NCBI GenBank assembly: GCA_049968335.1
Contig: JBMFQZ010000013.1
Span: forward strand, 15,965 to 79,964
Direction: 5' to 3'
DNA from: Verrucomicrobiia bacterium
Lineage (GTDB): Bacteria; Verrucomicrobiota; Verrucomicrobiia; Limisphaerales; JAKPVM01
Length of the DNA: 64,000 nucleotides
The notes under the pieces are model-generated. The model ran no database searches and was not told the origin of the DNA. It worked only from the letters and a program-made list of their open reading frames with translations. This document shows, piece after piece, positions 25,701 through 28,521 of the stretch. The translations under genes and the position numbers were made by a program. The stretch's first letter is position 1; each line of letters opens with the position of its first letter.

Positions 25701-28217
25701 CGTAACATTATCCCCATTATAATTCGCTGTCACTATATCTAACTTCCCATCCCCATTCACATCCACTATCTCCACCCAGTACGGATTATTGCCAACACTA
25801 AAATTCACAGCATTGCTAAATACCCCATCGCCTCCATTTATAAATACACTCACACTGTGCGAATAATAATTCGCCACCACTATGTCGTTCTTATTATCTC
25901 CATTCAAATCCGCTACCCCCACAGATACAGGCCCATCCCCAGCTGCATAGTTCGTCAATCCCCCAAACGCCCCATCCCCATTGCCAAATAATATGCTTAT
26001 ATTGTCAGAGGTATGATTTGCTGTTACTATGTCAAGATTAGTATCAGAATTAATCTTTGCCGCTACAATTGAGTACGGATTTGACCCAACAGCAAAAGTC
26101 CCTCCAGTAGTTAACGAACCATCAGCAATATTAGTAACAATACCCAACGGCGTCGCAGTAGAAAAGGCGCCATTATCTTCAAGTTCATTAACCCACCCTG
26201 CCCCTGCGAGCGAAACAACTGAAAAGTTCCTTGTAAAAATAGAACTCAATCTATTGCCAACAAGGTCTATTATGTTCGTGCCAATTTTAAAAACATACGC
26301 GGCAGGTTTTAGCGGACCGTTAATAATACCCAATGTAATATTTGTTCCTCCGGAAACACTTGCCACCTGTAAATTATAAATTCTGGAACCATCGACAGTT
26401 TGCAAAGCATAGTTCGCAAGATTAGTCAACTGACCCGTTTGAATCTGCTCTGAAAAAACAACAGTTATACTATAAATTAAATCCTGAGTTGAGCCCCCAT
26501 CTGATGGGAGGGAAATTGATTTTACCACCGGCGGTGTAGCGTCGTTGATTGTGATATCAAGATGATATTGATTGCGAATCCCAATATTCGTTGAATTCAC
26601 TCGTAAATAATAACCTCCATCGGACATCACTACATAATATAAATTGCCACTATAATTTGTTTCTACCGCAATACCACTATCCTTCTCTAATATCATTATA
26701 ATATCATTCTTCGCCATCTCGCTCCCAGTCGGAACCGCAGCATTCACGCTAATTGAATTCCCAGAATTCAAAACAAACAACCGATAATAGTCGCCGGCTG
26801 TGTCATCCCTGCCTAAAACGCCCGCAACTTTTGCGCTATAATTTTGCGCTACATTCGTAAATGCAAGTTGAGTTGCTTGCCCCTGCGTGTTGTTCGGTTC
26901 AATCTCAAGTTGCGTTATCCTGCCAATGTCAAATCGTAAATAATATTGCGCCTTTCCGCCCGGGCTCCTTACCTTAACATAATAATCTCCAGTCTGAGTG
27001 ATAGAATAATTCTGAATCGCGGCATAACCTGAATTGCCTGTTGCGGATGTAAGCGATTGATTGAGGGAATTTTGCAGCTCTATAGAGACCGAAACACTTG
27101 CCCCATATGGCAATGTATCAAGCCATAGCGTTAATCTGTCGCCAGCCTGCGCTGAAAAAAGCCAGTAATCAATATCATTCGTTGAACTAAACACGCCGAT
27201 GCCTGTTGCGGTTAAAAATCCGCTCCCCGAAGGGCTTTCTGATGGCGTAACTACTGTGGCAAGGTTAGGACCATCATTGTTAAGCGCGTTTTCAAGTATC
27301 CCATTAACCGGATTTATAATATAGAAAGCGGTTTGAAACTCGGCTACAGGATTTGAGTTTGTATCAAGCAGGGTCGGTTTTGTTTTGAAGCGGTAATGTC
27401 CCGGTTGTAAAGGCGAAGGGGTGATATCAATGAAAATTCCGCGTGGCTGGAGCTGTATCGGCGACGGAGTAAGCGTGTAAACCACATCGTCCGAATCGCC
27501 AAAGATCCCATTTCCGCCATCGCTCCGTAGTTCAAAATTTGCCGGCTCCGCCGCAGACAATGCTAAAAACGAGTTATTTCCATAGAGATATATTGTGCTA
27601 ATCGCAACGGCGTTTGTAGAATTTTGCGCTGGCAATGAAGAAGCGGCAATATAAGTCTGGGCGCTGGATTTAAAGACCGCAACATTATCAATCCCCCAGG
27701 ACTCATTGTCAATTGATTCAAGGTTCTGTCCTTGAAAAGTAATTGTGGCTGAGTTAGTTAAGGCAGTAAATGAAACAGTAATGTATCTGTAAATTGCATC
27801 GTTGTATGAATTAAATCCAAAATTGCCAGTTTGAGTTGGTGTACCTGGAAATGTCTGGCTGCCGCCAAAATTGTTAAATGTGTAATGAAAGATTTGATTG
27901 CCATTAACATTAATGTTTAAATAATCGCTTGAGCCGCCATCCCACGAGTCAATGGCGTAAAAATCAAAGGCGATAGTGTAATTATCCCCGGCGGTGAGAT
28001 TCGTCAATGCTAATGAAATAGCGTTATTGCCATTCCGGCCGGCGAACCTGGTGAATATGGCAGGATAACTACTATCAATAGATAGACCGCTCCATTCTTC
28101 AAATACGCCCGACTCAAAATCGGTGTAATAGGGAGTTGTTGACGGCGTTTGTTGGGCAGCAAATCCGAGCCAGGGGGTAAAAATTGCTGCCAATAGAAAG
28201 GCTGTGGTCTTGTTCAT
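7707..28217 (-). CDS. Giant secreted mosaic surface protein (6,836 aa) with a C-terminal Hint domain
   Basis: Uninterrupted 20,511-nt ORF with an N-terminal signal peptide. Motif-level domain series: jelly-roll ([10 protein letters not shown]). Then three units of Ig-like + FG-GAP/VCBS propeller + 2 PPC + LamG, followed by a C-type lectin. Then PPC x2, CARDB x2, InlB-B-like repeats, FN3 x2, a parallel beta-helix, Ig/FN3 series and many CARDB-like sandwiches. It finishes with a CarboxypepD_reg-like domain, a Cys-rich hydrophobic segment, a Gly-rich linker and a Hint domain. Confidence 0.85.
   Translation of the reverse strand: [6836 protein letters not shown]
7758..8162 (-). other. Hint (Hedgehog/intein-like, BIL-type) autoprocessing domain, 135 aa, followed by only 16 residues
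   Basis: [27 protein letters not shown] (block A with Cys1 at 8160-8162), ATGDHAFWV (TxxH block B) and [22 protein letters not shown] (blocks F/G). The usual terminal His-Asn is Arg-Asp here. It is preceded by the linker [23 protein letters not shown]. Confidence 0.8.
8900..9110 (-). other. Carboxypeptidase-regulatory-like (CarboxypepD_reg) beta-sandwich
   Basis: [57 protein letters not shown]. Confidence 0.6.
10915..11690 (-). other. Three consecutive fibronectin type III-like modules
   Basis: [33 protein letters not shown]..., [23 protein letters not shown]...FRIYRN..., and ...[19 protein letters not shown]... Confidence 0.65.
13490..14060 (-). other. Right-handed parallel beta-helix region
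   Basis: Successive short turns: [77 protein letters not shown]. The region ends in NWWGS. Confidence 0.5.
14075..14665 (-). other. Two fibronectin type III-like modules
   Basis: [24 protein letters not shown]...FRVYIS...[13 protein letters not shown] and [23 protein letters not shown]...FRLYYE...[13 protein letters not shown]. Confidence 0.7.
15000..15700 (-). other. Four InlB-B-repeat-like (Listeria-Bacteroides type) repeats
   Basis: [83 protein letters not shown], and [24 protein letters not shown]...YRFKEFK. Confidence 0.55.
15730..16440 (-). other. Two CARDB-like modules
   Basis: [35 protein letters not shown]... and [32 protein letters not shown]... Confidence 0.6.
17520..17865 (-). 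other. Animal-type C-type lectin domain with intact EPN / WND sugar-calcium motifs
   Basis: [27 protein letters not shown]...[54 protein letters not shown]. EPN is near 17613-17621 and WND near 17559-17567. The domain is followed by the Asp-rich [17 protein letters not shown]. Confidence 0.8.
18190..18665 (-). other. LamG / concanavalin-A-like lectin domain (copy 3)
   Basis: [16 protein letters not shown]...FTVEAWVY...WVHIAVV...LYTNGIL...[16 protein letters not shown]. Confidence 0.75.
19390..20440 (-). other. FG-GAP/VCBS repeat beta-propeller (copy 3, divergent)
   Basis: [95 protein letters not shown], each followed by a GNGDGTF-type turn. Confidence 0.8.
21040..21550 (-). other. LamG / concanavalin-A-like lectin domain (copy 2)
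   Basis: [11 protein letters not shown]...[21 protein letters not shown]...[16 protein letters not shown]. Confidence 0.7.
22275..23211 (-). repeat. Near-identical internal repeat, copy B (FG-GAP/VCBS propeller 2)
   Basis: Aligns without indels to 25119-26055 at a constant offset of 2,844 bp. About 8 differences are visible in ~937 nt, and only one in the last ~790 nt. Confidence 0.9.
23900..24400 (-). other. LamG / concanavalin-A-like lectin domain (copy 1)
   Basis: [14 protein letters not shown]...WSVEAWAKP...[21 protein letters not shown]...[16 protein letters not shown]. Confidence 0.7.
25119..26055 (-). repeat. Near-identical internal repeat, copy A (FG-GAP/VCBS propeller 1)
   Basis: Encodes [30 protein letters not shown]...[17 protein letters not shown]. 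It matches copy B over 312 aa except for one residue (S versus Q in PTYSYDS / PTYQYDS). Confidence 0.9.
28158..28217 (-). other. Sec-type signal peptide of the giant protein
   Basis: [20 protein letters not shown] followed by AQQTP. Confidence 0.6.
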
Positions 28218-28347
28218 AAAATTGTCTGGGTTCTATGTCGGCAAATAGATTTGCGCTTAACACGATGCTCTGGAATCATTGCAATATTCACTTGCTGACT
28301 TTTATTTCATCTGCTCGTGTTAGTAAGCTTCTTGATTCCATTACCGA

Positions 28348-28375
28348 GTGTACAAATAATGAACAAAATGTCAAG
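28348..28375 (-). promoter_or_regulatory. Candidate sigma70-like promoter for the giant gene
   Basis: The minus strand reads TTGACA-16 nt-TACACT, about 130 nt upstream of the ATG at 28217. Confidence 0.3.
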
Positions 28376-28409
28376 AATATTTTAAAATAATTTTGCAATG
28401 CGCAGTATT

Positions 28410-28439
28410 TTGACATCGTTTTTTCAAGCGCGATATGAT
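28410..28439 (+). promoter_or_regulatory. Candidate sigma70-like promoter for pgi
   Basis: TTGACA (28410-28415), an 18-nt spacer, then TATGAT (28434-28439). It overlaps the ATG at 28435 listed by the ORF track, which argues for a downstream pgi start. Confidence 0.35.
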
Positions 28440-28521
28440 TAGCAATAAATTTGCCTTTATTTATTTGTCCCTATTATTAAAATCTAATAGATATAATGTG
28501 GATTTTTTAACTGTAATAATA

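Noticed and set aside
17520-26055. Diversity-generating retroelement (C-type lectin target plus near-identical repeats acting as TR/VR)
   Set aside because: No reverse transcriptase gene is in the window. The few repeat mismatches are not adenine-specific. The lectin is the canonical animal-type CTLD rather than the DGR-type variable C-terminal fold, and it is not part of the repeat.
7966-27535. More than 20 small ORFs (60-116 aa) listed by the ORF track inside the giant gene, most on the opposite strand and a few in other frames of the same strand
   Set aside because: All lie fully inside the 20.5-kb ORF. Their products are low-complexity with no motifs. Two (23185-23388 and 26029-26379) are simply shadows of the internal repeat. 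They are shadow ORFs, expected when a very long gene has a strongly skewed composition.
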